Shown one piece after another: positions 10,670 through 23,508 of a stretch of 54,925 bases of DNA. Under the pieces are notes generated by a model, which was not told where the DNA came from, searched no databases, and saw nothing but the letters and a program-made list of their open reading frames with translations. The stretch lies in assembly GCA_964463705.1 (NCBI GenBank), contig CAYXCH010000007.1, positions 1 to 54,925 of the forward strand. Reading direction: 5' to 3'. Made by a program: the position numbers and the translations under genes. This DNA is from an uncultured Pseudobdellovibrionaceae bacterium (GTDB lineage Bacteria; Patescibacteriota; Minisyncoccia; Moranbacterales; GCA-2747515). The first letter of the stretch is position 1, and every line of letters begins with the position of its first letter.

Positions 10670-11484
10670 GGCGTGTGATTATCATTACCGGCACGAATCA
10701 ATGCCACGCGCCGTACCATCATCGGCAGTGTTGGCACCTGAACCATCGCCTCCTGAAACAACTTATCCGGCGTTTCATGCACCGTTCGTACCGTCCCAAT
10801 TAACAACCCTTCGGGAATGGCACCATCCCGGACCGTCACCAACTCCTCTCCCTCACTTAACGGCTGTGTCCGGTCTGCCAGCGTCGCCACAACCGCACCG
10901 TGTGCCGTTCCATGAACAACCAATGCCGTTCCATGTATTGCACCACGCGCCCGTACGACACTCTGTGCTTTCGCCACCGTTGCCACCCGAGAAACAACAG
11001 ACTTCACAGACACCACCGTTCCCAACAACACTCCCGATCCATCACTTACCGCATCTCCGACATGAACACCGTCCCGTGAACCACGATTAACAACAAACCA
11101 CTGCGGGATACGATGAGAGTCATACGCAATAATTCCGGCATATGTATACGGTGGTACTGGTGTTTCTACCGGAATCTCACACTCCGATTTCAACTGCGAC
11201 ACCTCGGTACGACAGGCAGACAATGCGGCATGATCTGCGCGTAACGCATGGTTCTCTCGTTCTAATTCCTCAATTCGTTGTGCCAATGTTTGTGCGGAAG
11301 AAAACGATGCACGCACTCGCTGCCATGAACGGGACACCATATGAACCCCCGTTGTTATCGGTTGAGTAACATAGGCGGCAAATGCTCCGATTGTCGTGTC
11401 GGTCCGACGAATAAGACTGATGCCAATCGCCACCAACACTATTCCAATCAGTGCGATTGTTCTGATACGCACCGTCATAATCAA
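10666..11484 (-). CDS. mreC: Rod shape-determining protein MreC
   Basis: TM, coiled coil, VNRGSRDGVHVGDAV, IPEGLLIGTV; follows mreB. Confidence 0.9.
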   Translation of the reverse strand: MIMTVRIRTIALIGIVLVAIGISLIRRTDTTIGAFAAYVTQPITTGVHMVSRSWQRVRASFSSAQTLAQRIEELERENHALRADHAALSACRTEVSQLKSECEIPVETPVPPYTYAGIIAYDSHRIPQWFVVNRGSRDGVHVGDAVSDGSGVLLGTVVSVKSVVSRVATVAKAQSVVRARGAIHGTALVVHGTAHGAVVATLADRTQPLSEGEELVTVRDGAIPEGLLIGTVRTVHETPDKLFQEAMVQVPTLPMMVRRVALIRAGNDNHTP

Positions 11485-12566
11485 TAGCGCTGTTGTACAA
11501 GAAGATCACCGTCATCCGTTTCAATCAGCACGGTGCGCAATGTCTCCAAATCATTCAAAACCGCTCCCGTTCCGCGCGCCACCGCCGTCAACGGCTCTTC
11601 CACACGCCGCACCGGCATTTCCGTCTGATCGGCAATCAATAAATCCAATCCGCGAATCAAACTTCCTCCGCCGGACAACACAATACCTCGCTGCATGATA
11701 TCGGCAATCAATTCCGGTGGCGTTTCTTCCACAATCGTCTTGATCGTATTTACAATAATACGAATCGCGTGAGAAAGTGCCGACCGAGCATCTTCCGATG
11801 TAATGGTCACCTCCTTCGGCAGTCCCGTCACAAGATCACGCCCGCGAACAACCGTTGTCAATTCCTTCTCCTGCGGAACAGCGGATCCGACGGCAATTTT
11901 TATCGCTTCGGCGGTTCGTTCCCCGATAAGCAAGTTATGATGATCTCGCACATAACGAATAATATCTTCATTCATCTCGTCTCCCGCTGTTCGCAAAGAA
12001 CGTGCCGTCACCACACCACCCAATGAAATAACGGCGATTTCCGACGTTCCACCACCAATGTCTACCACCATATTTCCCCCGGCATCGGTTACCGGCAACT
12101 GCGCACCGATTGCCACCGCCATCGGCTCATCAATCAAAAACGCTTCTCGCGCACCGGCACCATGCGCCGCCTCAATTACCGCTCGCTTTTCCACCGCCGT
12201 TACACCGGATGGAATACCGATAAGCACACGAGGGCGCAGAACACCGGAAAGAATCCCCGATGAACTTACCGCACCGATAAAGTGACGCAGCATTTGCTCC
12301 GTCACATCATAATCACTAATTACACCGTCCACCAACGGGCGCGTTGCCACAATATGTCCCGGCGTCTTTCCCACCATGTTTTTCGCCGCATGCCCGATTG
12401 CAAGAATTTGATTGGTTTTTTTATTGATTGCCACAACGGACGGCTCATTGATTACAATACCGCGTGACGCAACATACACCAATGTATTGGCGGTTCCCAA
12501 ATCAATTCCGATATCCTGTGTAAAGCGCTGCAATACACGCTGACGCATTCGTGATATTACCGACAT
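11481..12566 (-). CDS. mreB: Rod shape-determining protein MreB
   Basis: IGIDLGTANT, NEPSVVA, VDIGGGTSEIAVISLGG, LSGGGSL. Confidence 0.98.
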   Translation of the reverse strand: MSVISRMRQRVLQRFTQDIGIDLGTANTLVYVASRGIVINEPSVVAINKKTNQILAIGHAAKNMVGKTPGHIVATRPLVDGVISDYDVTEQMLRHFIGAVSSSGILSGVLRPRVLIGIPSGVTAVEKRAVIEAAHGAGAREAFLIDEPMAVAIGAQLPVTDAGGNMVVDIGGGTSEIAVISLGGVVTARSLRTAGDEMNEDIIRYVRDHHNLLIGERTAEAIKIAVGSAVPQEKELTTVVRGRDLVTGLPKEVTITSEDARSALSHAIRIIVNTIKTIVEETPPELIADIMQRGIVLSGGGSLIRGLDLLIADQTEMPVRRVEEPLTAVARGTGAVLNDLETLRTVLIETDDGDLLVQQRY

Positions 12567-13840
12567 AATGCCTGTGTATTCTCTTGTACCATCTCCGCAA
12601 TGCGCGCCGGCGCTTCCGCTACGGGAATACGCTGTGTTGTATCCGATACTCTATCCGTAACTTCCACCACACCGTCTCGCGCCGTCTTCTCTGACAAAAT
12701 AACCCGAATCGGACATCCAATCATATCCGCCTCGGCAAACTGCTCCCCCGCCCGACGATTACGATCATCCAGCAATACATCCACTCCGCGATCCGCACAC
12801 GCTTTCGCACATGCCAGTGCATCATCATTGCGTCCCAGACTCAATACATGCACCGCATATGGTGCAATACTGACGGGCCATACCATTGCGGACTCGGTTC
12901 CGAACAACTCCGCCGCCACCCCCATAACACGACCGGGACCGATCCCGTAAGATCCCATAACCACCGGTCTCTGCTCTCCCTCTTCATCGCGATAAAGTAA
13001 CTGGAACGCATCGGAAAATTTTGTTTTCAAAGAAAAAATATTTCCCACCTCCGCCGCCGTATGTTGGACAAGATCTTCACGACGAATGCCAAGATCGTTC
13101 AATACGTCATCAGACATCACCTCCTCATTGATGGCAATCTTTCGTTTCTCATCTACATAAATAACATCTTCTCCGGCATCACACAGTGTTTGAAACTCAT
13201 GAGAATACTTACTGAATGTCCCCCCACTGGCAAATGTCAAATATGTTGAATCACCAATTCCCACACGAGCAAAAATCCTCTCATACGCATTTTGTGCCCG
13301 GTTATAAAATTCCTCATGCTCTTCCGATGTTCGAGAAAACGAATATAAATCCTTCATTAAAAACTCTCGGCAGCGCATAATACCGCTCTTTGCTCGTGTC
13401 TCGTTACGAAACTTTGTCTGAATCTGAAACACGGAAAATGGCAAATCTTTATGCGACGATACCATGCGCGTAAACAGCCGAGTAACCGGCTCCTCATGTG
13501 TAAATCCCAGTCCCAACGGTGCACCGCTTTTCAACTGCGTCTTAAACCATACATCCACCACGTCATCACTCCACCGATTCGTCGTCTCCCAAATGGACGG
13601 ATCTTGCAATGCCGTCAAAAATATTTCTTGCGCTCCGAGAGACTCCATTTCTTCCCGAATAATCCCCATGATATTATTCATTACGCGCCATCCCAATGGA
13701 AGAAATGTATACACGCCCGCCATCTCTTTGGCAATAAATCCGGCACGCAAGAGAAGCTGCGCATTCTTGCTTACTTCATCCTTCGGCGCGAACCGCTCCA
13801 TGCGCACCGGAAGTGCACTCTGTCGTTGAACCGTGGACAT
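12557..13840 (-). CDS. proS: Proline--tRNA ligase, short form without INS editing domain
   Basis: GVYTFLPLG, THEE, QIQTKFRNETR, REFLMKDLYSF, EVGNIF, MGSYGIG, class IIa anticodon domain. Confidence 0.93.
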   Translation of the reverse strand: MSTVQRQSALPVRMERFAPKDEVSKNAQLLLRAGFIAKEMAGVYTFLPLGWRVMNNIMGIIREEMESLGAQEIFLTALQDPSIWETTNRWSDDVVDVWFKTQLKSGAPLGLGFTHEEPVTRLFTRMVSSHKDLPFSVFQIQTKFRNETRAKSGIMRCREFLMKDLYSFSRTSEEHEEFYNRAQNAYERIFARVGIGDSTYLTFASGGTFSKYSHEFQTLCDAGEDVIYVDEKRKIAINEEVMSDDVLNDLGIRREDLVQHTAAEVGNIFSLKTKFSDAFQLLYRDEEGEQRPVVMGSYGIGPGRVMGVAAELFGTESAMVWPVSIAPYAVHVLSLGRNDDALACAKACADRGVDVLLDDRNRRAGEQFAEADMIGCPIRVILSEKTARDGVVEVTDRVSDTTQRIPVAEAPARIAEMVQENTQALCR

Positions 13841-13845
13841 ACACA

Positions 13846-14007
13846 CTACTTTGTTACGGCTTTGTCTCCAAACAACCCCGCCATCATGGCAAAAAACTCA
13901 TGGAACGTTTCACGAATATATTCCATGGAGCCCTCAATGCTGACCAATCCTTTTGTGTACAGCCAATATACCAGCACAGCCAGTACGATTAGAATAATCC
14001 ATTTCAT
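13846..14007 (-). CDS. 53-aa small membrane protein (not in ORF track)
   Basis: Manual translation MKWIILIVLAVLVYWLYTKGLVSIEGSMEYIRETFHEFFAMMAGLFGDKAVTK; fills the mscS-proS gap co-directionally. Confidence 0.65.
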   Translation of the reverse strand: MKWIILIVLAVLVYWLYTKGLVSIEGSMEYIRETFHEFFAMMAGLFGDKAVTK

Positions 14008-14025
14008 AAATTGATGGTTAATTAT

Positions 14026-15084
14026 TTACGATGATTGCGTTATCGGCGCATGATACACCGTCTGCGTTGGATACGCCATCATGATACCATGATTTGCAAA
14101 CGCGCGCACGAGACCGATATTAACCGCATGTTGAACATTTAAATACGTCGTATAGTCTCGCGTCGGTACCGTATACACCGTTTCAAACACCAATGCCCAA
14201 TCGTCAAAAGAACGGAAATGTGTCCGTTGATGCTCCGCCGACGGTACGGAATTGATTACCGACGCAACAATCTCGGGAATTCGCTCCAATATCTCGGCAT
14301 CTGTCTCATATACCACTCCGATACGCTGCGTCACTCGTCGTGACTCCATTCGCTTAAAATTCCGCAGTGTCGCCGCCGTAATATCTTGATTGGGAACGAC
14401 AACCTCTTCACCGGAAAACGCCCGTAAGCGCGTTGTCTTAATTCCAATTCGTTGTACCGTCCCGCTAATCGCTCCATCTCCCACCTTCACATAATCTCCA
14501 ATGGTAAAGGGTTGATCAAAAAAGATGGAGAATGATGCAAATAGGTCCTTCAAAATTCCCTGAATTGCCAAGGCGACGGCAATTCCGCCAATCCCCAATC
14601 CGGCAAGCAACGAGGTAACATTCACCCCGAAGTATGCCACAACTGTCAATGCCGCCACCACCCAAATCATCAATGACGCCACACTTCCCAGCACTGTCAG
14701 CGCCCCCCGCATTCCGTGTGATTGTTCATCATTACGCAGAGTGCCAACCAATACATCCACCGCCCGACGCAATGCTCGCGTCACAACAATGGTAATCAAT
14801 ATTGCCGCCACCACTACCGATACCCGATGTACCATCACCGGAAACGGCGAAAACAACACGCTCAATGCAAGAGCGATGATTGCAAACGCACGATAAGACA
14901 CCGATGACACTGCCGCATGAATGGCGTCGTCCCATACTTGCGCACTCTTCGCAATCCGTTCAGACAATACGCGCAATACAATCATCCGCAAGATAATAAA
15001 TCCGCCGTAAATTGCCACAAAAATCACCGCCGACAAATACAGCGATGGTTGTACAGATACCAATAATGTTTCAAATAGTTCCAT
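14026..15084 (-). CDS. mscS: Small-conductance mechanosensitive channel (MscS family)
   Basis: LLAGLGIGGIAVALAIQGILKDLF, PFTIGDYV, IGIKTTRLR, VVVPN, VQHAVN, AYPTQTV. Confidence 0.92.
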   Translation of the reverse strand: MELFETLLVSVQPSLYLSAVIFVAIYGGFIILRMIVLRVLSERIAKSAQVWDDAIHAAVSSVSYRAFAIIALALSVLFSPFPVMVHRVSVVVAAILITIVVTRALRRAVDVLVGTLRNDEQSHGMRGALTVLGSVASLMIWVVAALTVVAYFGVNVTSLLAGLGIGGIAVALAIQGILKDLFASFSIFFDQPFTIGDYVKVGDGAISGTVQRIGIKTTRLRAFSGEEVVVPNQDITAATLRNFKRMESRRVTQRIGVVYETDAEILERIPEIVASVINSVPSAEHQRTHFRSFDDWALVFETVYTVPTRDYTTYLNVQHAVNIGLVRAFANHGIMMAYPTQTVYHAPITQSS

Positions 15085-15182
15085 TGCATCGTCTTTGTTT
15101 TTCAGTATACCACATGCGGCAACCATGACACACCCCAAAAACTATGATACAGTGACACCGTATTCCCATAATATGATCCACC

Positions 15183-15536
15183 ATGCGTGATTTACAAGAA
15201 GTATTCAATAAACGGCAACGGATTATTGATGACATCCGACGTATTCGTAAGGATTATCGTGATATGCTCGCCAATGATGGCGACTATGCACGCATTAAAG
15301 ATGCTTATGACGCGGCGCGCCGAGAGAAGAAAAACACCGAACTCGCCATTCAAGCAAGCATGGGCGGTGCCTATGAAAAACTTCAAGAACTATCCGATCA
15401 ACGACGCGCGCTGGAAGAAATGCTGAGCGACATTGCCATGACGCAACTAATGCGAGGAGAAACGATTGAATTGACTGATGATGACCATAACCGCTACGAA
15501 CCTCAATACAAAATCACTTTCAAAAAGTCCGCATAA
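15183..15536 (+). CDS. Hypothetical helical/coiled-coil protein
   Basis: 117-aa ORF with natural composition; first gene of a co-directional operon. Confidence 0.8.
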   Translation: MRDLQEVFNKRQRIIDDIRRIRKDYRDMLANDGDYARIKDAYDAARREKKNTELAIQASMGGAYEKLQELSDQRRALEEMLSDIAMTQLMRGETIELTDDDHNRYEPQYKITFKKSA

Positions 15537-15545
15537 TATGCGCAT

Positions 15546-16139
15546 ATGATTATTATCACACTCTCCGGAACGGATGGAAGCGGAAAAAGCACGCAGGCCC
15601 ATGCCGTGCGGGAATGGTTGACCGCCCGCGGAGAGCGCGTATGGATGTTCCACGCCGTTGAATTTTCCATTGCCAACCGCCTGTTACGTCAAACAGCGCC
15701 GAATCGATCCTCACGTAGCGTTACCCGTGCCGGCACTCTGCGAATCTTCTTACGGATCGTCGCTTTGCATATTGACTATATTCGCTTTGCATTTTTGCGA
15801 CGCCGACTGCGACGGCACGGATATACCGTAATACTGAGTGACCGATTTTTCTTTGATACGGTGGTAAACATTCGGTACTTACAACGCACAACGCGATGTG
15901 GCTACTTGGAGCGATGGGTTCCGCCCGTTGACTGTGCATTATATTTGGAAGTGGACGCCGAAACACTCCGCCACCGAGAACGTGTTCCCGAGCAAGGCGA
16001 GGAATACGCCCGAAAAAAATCCGCATTGTTTGCACAGCGACGTGACCGGTGGAATATGATTCTCATTGATGGCACGCAACCCATAGACACTGTCCGCAAT
16101 ACCATTATTCATACACTCACCCACCGCTGTTCACTATGA
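15546..16139 (+). CDS. Thymidylate-kinase-like NMP kinase
   Basis: LSGTDGSGKSTQA P-loop, ILSDRFFFD, DCALYLEV; substrate not certain. Confidence 0.75.
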   Translation: MIIITLSGTDGSGKSTQAHAVREWLTARGERVWMFHAVEFSIANRLLRQTAPNRSSRSVTRAGTLRIFLRIVALHIDYIRFAFLRRRLRRHGYTVILSDRFFFDTVVNIRYLQRTTRCGYLERWVPPVDCALYLEVDAETLRHRERVPEQGEEYARKKSALFAQRRDRWNMILIDGTQPIDTVRNTIIHTLTHRCSL

Positions 16140-17545
16140 AAACCGCTCGCGCCACAGTATTATTGGTAATTGCCGAAGGAGTGTTTACTCTCTCCGGATA
16201 CATTGTCAGTGCGGCATTGGGCCGTATACTGGGCGTGGCGGATTATGGACGCTATGCATTGGTTATCAGTTTAACAACATTGGTAACTGTCTTGGCGGGA
16301 CGTGCCATTCCCACGGCAATGGCACGTTATCTGGGGCGTTCCGTTGCCGCTCGTCGCAGTATTGTGCGCATGGCAGCAATACTGCAAGGCGGTTTTATTC
16401 TTTTTTTAACGACGGCGTTTTATTTCAGCGCCCCACTGATTGCGCGCGGACTTGGTGACGACTCCCTCCGTCCCTTACTGCATACGAGTGCGCTTATTAT
16501 TCCGGCCTTTGCCCTGTCATCATTTCATGTTTCTTATTTTAACGGATTAAAACATTTTGGCGCACAAGCAATACTGAAAATCAGTCGTGGAATATTTCGC
16601 GGTATATGGATTATTACATTGGGAGCACTGTTTGGCGTTGTCGGAGCAATCTCCGGTGCAATCATTGCTCCGCTCAGTGTCGCCGTCATCGCACAAATTA
16701 TTGACCGCGTTACCACTCCGCTTGCAAATAGCGGAACGGAGTCATTCCCCGCTCGCACACTATTACGATACGCTGCCTCCTTTGCCGTATTTACGGCAGT
16801 GTATGAACTTTATCTGCGAACAGATATTTACCTAATCAAAGCTATGATCGGACAAGACAGTGCCGTGGGACTATACAGTGCCGCCATGACCGTGGCGATG
16901 ATCCCGTACTACCTCAGTACGGCGGTGGCATTGATGCTGTTTCCCACCATTGCCACCGCCGACGCCAAACGACGCGGAAATGTACTTACACATGTGTTGC
17001 AACTCCTCGCAGTGATATTACCGGGAAGTGCATTACTTATGGCACTATATGCCACACCGCTACTAACACTATTGTTCGGATCATCATTTTCCGATGGTGC
17101 GCCGCTACTGGTGGCACTGCTTCCGGGAATGATATTTGGAACGCTGTTCTACGTACTGTCTGCGGCACTGAATGCCGCCGATGCTATGCGAGTAACCTCC
17201 ACACTCACTCTGTTGGGTATTGCCATTATTGTCACTGCCAATAGTTTGTTTTTGAAAGACGGAGGAACCATTGTGGCGGCAATCGCGTTCAGCGGAAGCG
17301 GAATATTTTTGGGAGTATGCGCACTGTTGGCGGTTCGTGTATTGTTCTCCGCTCAACTGCCATATTCCACTCTGGTCCGTTGTATTCCCGCCGCGCTTGC
17401 AACAGTAGCGACATCTCACGCCCTGGATACAATGGGCGTGCCACCACTGGTCGCACTTATCATCGCAACTGCAGTGTATGGATTAGGTTGCATGATTACC
17501 CGCGCGGTTCCACTCTCTTTGCTTCGTCTCCGTCATTCATCCTAA
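16136..17545 (+). CDS. Wzx/MOP-superfamily oligosaccharide flippase
   Basis: Many TM segments, YLRTDIYLIKAM, AVGLYSAA, LFPTI motifs. Confidence 0.85.
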   Translation: MKTARATVLLVIAEGVFTLSGYIVSAALGRILGVADYGRYALVISLTTLVTVLAGRAIPTAMARYLGRSVAARRSIVRMAAILQGGFILFLTTAFYFSAPLIARGLGDDSLRPLLHTSALIIPAFALSSFHVSYFNGLKHFGAQAILKISRGIFRGIWIITLGALFGVVGAISGAIIAPLSVAVIAQIIDRVTTPLANSGTESFPARTLLRYAASFAVFTAVYELYLRTDIYLIKAMIGQDSAVGLYSAAMTVAMIPYYLSTAVALMLFPTIATADAKRRGNVLTHVLQLLAVILPGSALLMALYATPLLTLLFGSSFSDGAPLLVALLPGMIFGTLFYVLSAALNAADAMRVTSTLTLLGIAIIVTANSLFLKDGGTIVAAIAFSGSGIFLGVCALLAVRVLFSAQLPYSTLVRCIPAALATVATSHALDTMGVPPLVALIIATAVYGLGCMITRAVPLSLLRLRHSS

Positions 17546-17555
17546 ATAAATATCT

Positions 17556-18080
17556 ATGAATATTGCTGTATTTTCCGATTCTCACGACAACACCGATGCG
17601 ATCACGTGGGTACTCCACCATGCAAGACAAGAGGGTTGTACATATGGTATTCACTGTGGAGATATTGTTGCCGGATTTTCCGCGCAACTTCTTGCGCAAT
17701 CACCCTTTCCAATAATTGCCGTATTTGGAAATAACGATGGTGATCATAAGTACTTGCGCCAGGTGGCGGCGGAAAGCAACGGGATACTGACATTCTCTGA
17801 TGACGGTGGAACGGGAACGGAAACAATTGACAACAGAACGATATTTATTAGCCACTACCCCGAACCGGCGCGCCATGCCGCCTCTACCGGACGCTATGAT
17901 GCCGTATTCTACGGCCATACCCACCATCATGCCATTGATGCCATCGGTAACACTCTTCTCTGCAATCCCGGTGAACTCTACGGTGGCCGAACGGGAACAA
18001 TCTCTTATCTTATTTATGACACGACGCGTCATACTGTCCGTACCATTTCTATTCCACGCACCGCTGTCAAATGCCAATAA
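17556..18080 (+). CDS. YfcE-family metallophosphoesterase
   Basis: FSDSHDN, HCGD, VFGNND, SHYP, YGHTH, NPG. Confidence 0.92.
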   Translation: MNIAVFSDSHDNTDAITWVLHHARQEGCTYGIHCGDIVAGFSAQLLAQSPFPIIAVFGNNDGDHKYLRQVAAESNGILTFSDDGGTGTETIDNRTIFISHYPEPARHAASTGRYDAVFYGHTHHHAIDAIGNTLLCNPGELYGGRTGTISYLIYDTTRHTVRTISIPRTAVKCQ

Positions 18081-18091
18081 ATACGAGACAC

Positions 18092-18125
18092 AAAAAAAAC
18101 CGCAGGGACATGCCCTGCGGTTTTT
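18092..18125. terminator. Bidirectional intrinsic terminator
   Basis: aaaaccgcaggg-acatg-ccctgcggtttt between convergent genes, with flanking A/T runs. Confidence 0.9.
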
Positions 18126-18141
18126 GGAAGTTGGAAGCGGA

Positions 18142-18555
18142 TTACTTCAACTCCACTTTTCCTCCGGCCTCTTCAATCTTTGTCTTGATCTCTTCGGCCT
18201 CCTCCTTCTTCACGCCTTCCTTGATCACCTTCGGCGCTCCGTCTACCATATCCTTGGCCTCTTTCAGACCCAGTCCGGTAACTTCACGAACCACCTTAAT
18301 CACCGCGATCTTCTTGTCGCCGGCGCTTGTCAACTCAATGTCAAACTCGCTCTTCTCCTCGGCAGCACCACCGTCCGCCGCACCGGCCGCACCCGGCATT
18401 GCCGCTACCGCCATCGGTGCCGCAGCGGATACACCAAACTTGTCCTCCAGAACTTTTACGAGCTCGGAGAGATCAAGAACGCTCATCTTCTCAATCTCTT
18501 CCACGATCCCCTTGAACTTCTCCGGGATCTCTACTGTTGTGTTCTCCTCCGTCAT
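18142..18555 (-). CDS. rplL: 50S ribosomal protein L7/L12
   Basis: [46 protein letters not shown]. Confidence 0.99.
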   Translation of the reverse strand: MTEENTTVEIPEKFKGIVEEIEKMSVLDLSELVKVLEDKFGVSAAAPMAVAAMPGAAGAADGGAAEEKSEFDIELTSAGDKKIAVIKVVREVTGLGLKEAKDMVDGAPKVIKEGVKKEEAEEIKTKIEEAGGKVELK

Positions 18556-18576
18556 AGGATTATGATCATGTATTAC

Positions 18577-19098
18577 TTATGCTTTTTGATCCGCAACCGC
18601 CTTCAAGACGGTGACCAGACCACGCACGTTGCCGGCCAGGACGTTAACAAAGCCGGACAGCGGCGCATTGATGGTGCCCACAAGTTGAGCACGCAACTGT
18701 TCTTGCGATGGCAGTTTCGCGAGCGCCTCCATCTCTTGTTGTGACAAGAGCGTTGTTCCCAGCGCACCGCCGACAATCGTCACATTGGAATTCTCCTTGG
18801 CAAAGTCCGCGATCGCTTTCGGACCGGAAACTTCATCATCCGCGGAGATCGCAATGGCGATCTGCCCCTCAAACATGCGACGCTCATATCCGTCAATTCC
18901 CGCCTCTTTCATCGCCAAAGCCAACAGACTCTTCTTGATGATGCGAAGCGGAGCATTGACAGCATACAGGGACTTCTTCAACGCCACCATAGCGTTGGCA
19001 TCCAGTCCCTTGTAGTCAATCAGCGTCACACTTTTGCCATCCGTAATCGCAGTTGCGACATCGCGAACAATGTGTTCTTTTTGCTGTCGCGTCAACAT
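18577..19098 (-). CDS. rplJ: 50S ribosomal protein L10
   Basis: DYKGL, IIKKSL, LAKLPSQEQLRAQLVGTINAP; upstream of rplL. Confidence 0.97.
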   Translation of the reverse strand: MLTRQQKEHIVRDVATAITDGKSVTLIDYKGLDANAMVALKKSLYAVNAPLRIIKKSLLALAMKEAGIDGYERRMFEGQIAIAISADDEVSGPKAIADFAKENSNVTIVGGALGTTLLSQQEMEALAKLPSQEQLRAQLVGTINAPLSGFVNVLAGNVRGLVTVLKAVADQKA

Positions 19099-19171
19099 AC
19101 GTCAGGATGTCATGTGAGAAATTACAGATGTGCGCGCGTGGTTAGCCACCTGCGCACATGCCGTTTTCCCA

Positions 19172-19278
19172 CAAAAAAACGACACACATAATGTGTGTCG
19201 TCGGACAGGGGGCATGCCGCCTGTACTCGGTATCCTCGTGAGGTCTTACAACTCGCCCCATGTCTTCGGACACACAAT
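19172..19278 (-). ncRNA. L10 leader-like cis-regulatory RNA with attenuator
   Basis: Minus strand CCGAAGAC..GGGG..UAAGA.CCUCA.CGAGG core upstream of rplJ, followed by hairpin CGACACACA-UUA-UGUGUGUCG plus U7. Confidence 0.8.
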
Positions 19279-19300
19279 AATATTGATTGATTGTCAATGT

Positions 19301-19759
19301 CTAGCCTTCCGCTTTCTCCTTCGTTTCTTCTTCCGCCGGTGTTTCCTCCTTTGCTTCTTTTTCTGATCCTTCCGACGCTTCCGCCGTTTCCGCTGCCGCC
19401 ACTTCCGATTCTTCACTCGCTTCCGTATTCTCCTCTGCTACACTATCCGATGTCGTCTCCGCAGTATCCTTCGTCTCTTCTGTGTTCGGCGCTTCAACAG
19501 CCTTTCCTTTCGGGCGTTTCTTCCCGCGGATAATACCATTTTTTACCAATAGATTATGCACCGTATCCGACGGCTGTGCACCAACACTGAGCCAGTGCTG
19601 AATTGCCTCCGTTTTCAATACTGTCGTTTTTGTATGCGGGTCGTGACTACCGACAACAGCAACATGGCGACCTCCCGGCGCTGCCGTATGTTCCTGAACC
19701 ACAATACGATAGTAAACTTTATTGCGGCGACCAATCCGATTGAAGCGAATTTTCAGCAT
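19301..19759 (-). CDS. rpsP: 30S ribosomal protein S16 with acidic C-terminal extension
   Basis: MLKIRFNRIGRRN, YRIVV, GAQPSDTVHNLL; E/A/T-rich tail. Confidence 0.96.
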   Translation of the reverse strand: MLKIRFNRIGRRNKVYYRIVVQEHTAAPGGRHVAVVGSHDPHTKTTVLKTEAIQHWLSVGAQPSDTVHNLLVKNGIIRGKKRPKGKAVEAPNTEETKDTAETTSDSVAEENTEASEESEVAAAETAEASEGSEKEAKEETPAEEETKEKAEG

Positions 19760-19839
19760 AAGAATCTCTCAAACTCTCTATAAACAAAGAAACGCTGCAC
19801 ATGCAACTTCCCCCATCATAAAGCACCTGCGCATTCTTG

Positions 19840-22687
<2,848 letters not shown>

Positions 22688-22727
22688 AAAATTTATCCAT
22701 TAGTTTCTGCCTTATGTGGCAAACTAT

Positions 22728-23102
22728 TTAACATCCCGTTGCCGGAACATAACCGGCATCTCTTGCCGATTGTTCCGTAACAAAACACCGAAGATTTTCC
22801 GGCTTAATTCGACGAGCAAACCGACACGTCGGCGGATAATACTTGGTGGAATTTTTGCTTCCGACGAATGCACAGGTGCGTGAATCGGGTAGAGAGTGAT
22901 GTAGTTGCCGCCCATCGCCAATCGGGTTTGTCACCCGACAATCGGGAACATCTACTGCGGCATGTACCACCATTGGTGGAACATTTGCTCGTTGCGCATA
23001 ATAGAGTGCGCCAAATGCAAACCCTCCTCCGATACCGCTTAAAAACAGCGCCACTCCTCCTATGCGACGCAGGATATCTCGTGTCATGTTGACAGATTTC
23101 AT
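22728..23102 (-). CDS. Membrane-anchored protein with a degenerate Ada-type metal-binding domain
   Basis: N-terminal TM; FVGSKNSTKYYPPTC..A.RIKPENLRCF..A..AGY. Confidence 0.7.
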   Translation of the reverse strand: MKSVNMTRDILRRIGGVALFLSGIGGGFAFGALYYAQRANVPPMVVHAAVDVPDCRVTNPIGDGRQLHHSLPDSRTCAFVGSKNSTKYYPPTCRFARRIKPENLRCFVTEQSARDAGYVPATGC

Positions 23103-23173
23103 GCACGCTGATATTATAACAAACGACGGTGTGCTTTCATTGTAGCACATGTTTTTTGTCTAAGAAGACGGTT

Positions 23174-23455
23174 ATGGCTCATCGTAAAGCGGGCGGCTCT
23201 ACACGACTCGGACGCGACTCAATTTCCAAGCGCTTGGGCGTGAAACGATTCGGCTCTCAGCGTGTTAAAACCGGAGAAATTCTGGTCCGACAACGAGGAA
23301 CAAAGTTTCACCCGGGAGAAAATGTTAAGCGTACCGGTGATGATACGCTTATCGCATTGACGGACGGGACGGTACAGTTTGCCGTTAAAAAGGTTCGCGC
23401 ATTTACAGGAAAACTGGTTAAGCGACGGTTTATCAATGTGATTCGCGCACAGTAG
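23174..23455 (+). CDS. rpmA: 50S ribosomal protein L27
   Basis: [35 protein letters not shown]. Confidence 0.99.
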   Translation: MAHRKAGGSTRLGRDSISKRLGVKRFGSQRVKTGEILVRQRGTKFHPGENVKRTGDDTLIALTDGTVQFAVKKVRAFTGKLVKRRFINVIRAQ

Positions 23456-23461
23456 AACCAA

Positions 23462-23493
23462 ACAAAAAACAGCGTGGAAACGCTGTTTTTTTG
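23462..23493. terminator. Bidirectional intrinsic terminator
   Basis: aaaaaacagcgt-ggaa-acgctgtttttt between convergent rpmA and the ABC ATPase. Confidence 0.9.
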
Positions 23494-23508
23494 TATTATT
23501 CCCCTTTC

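Noticed and set aside
17800-18744. 314-aa plus-strand ORF and other long antisense ORFs (e.g. 49690-50316, 51296-52237, 51283-52038, 7305-7880)
   Set aside because: Shadow frames opposite well-supported genes (rplL/rplJ, prfA, galE, rsmH); no recognisable motifs.
19277-19297. TTGACA and TATTAT upstream of the L10 leader as a promoter
   Set aside because: The spacer is only 9 nt, incompatible with sigma70 geometry.
22695-22725. Imperfect hairpin upstream of pyrH
   Set aside because: Bulged stem and no clear U-tract; not convincing as a terminator.
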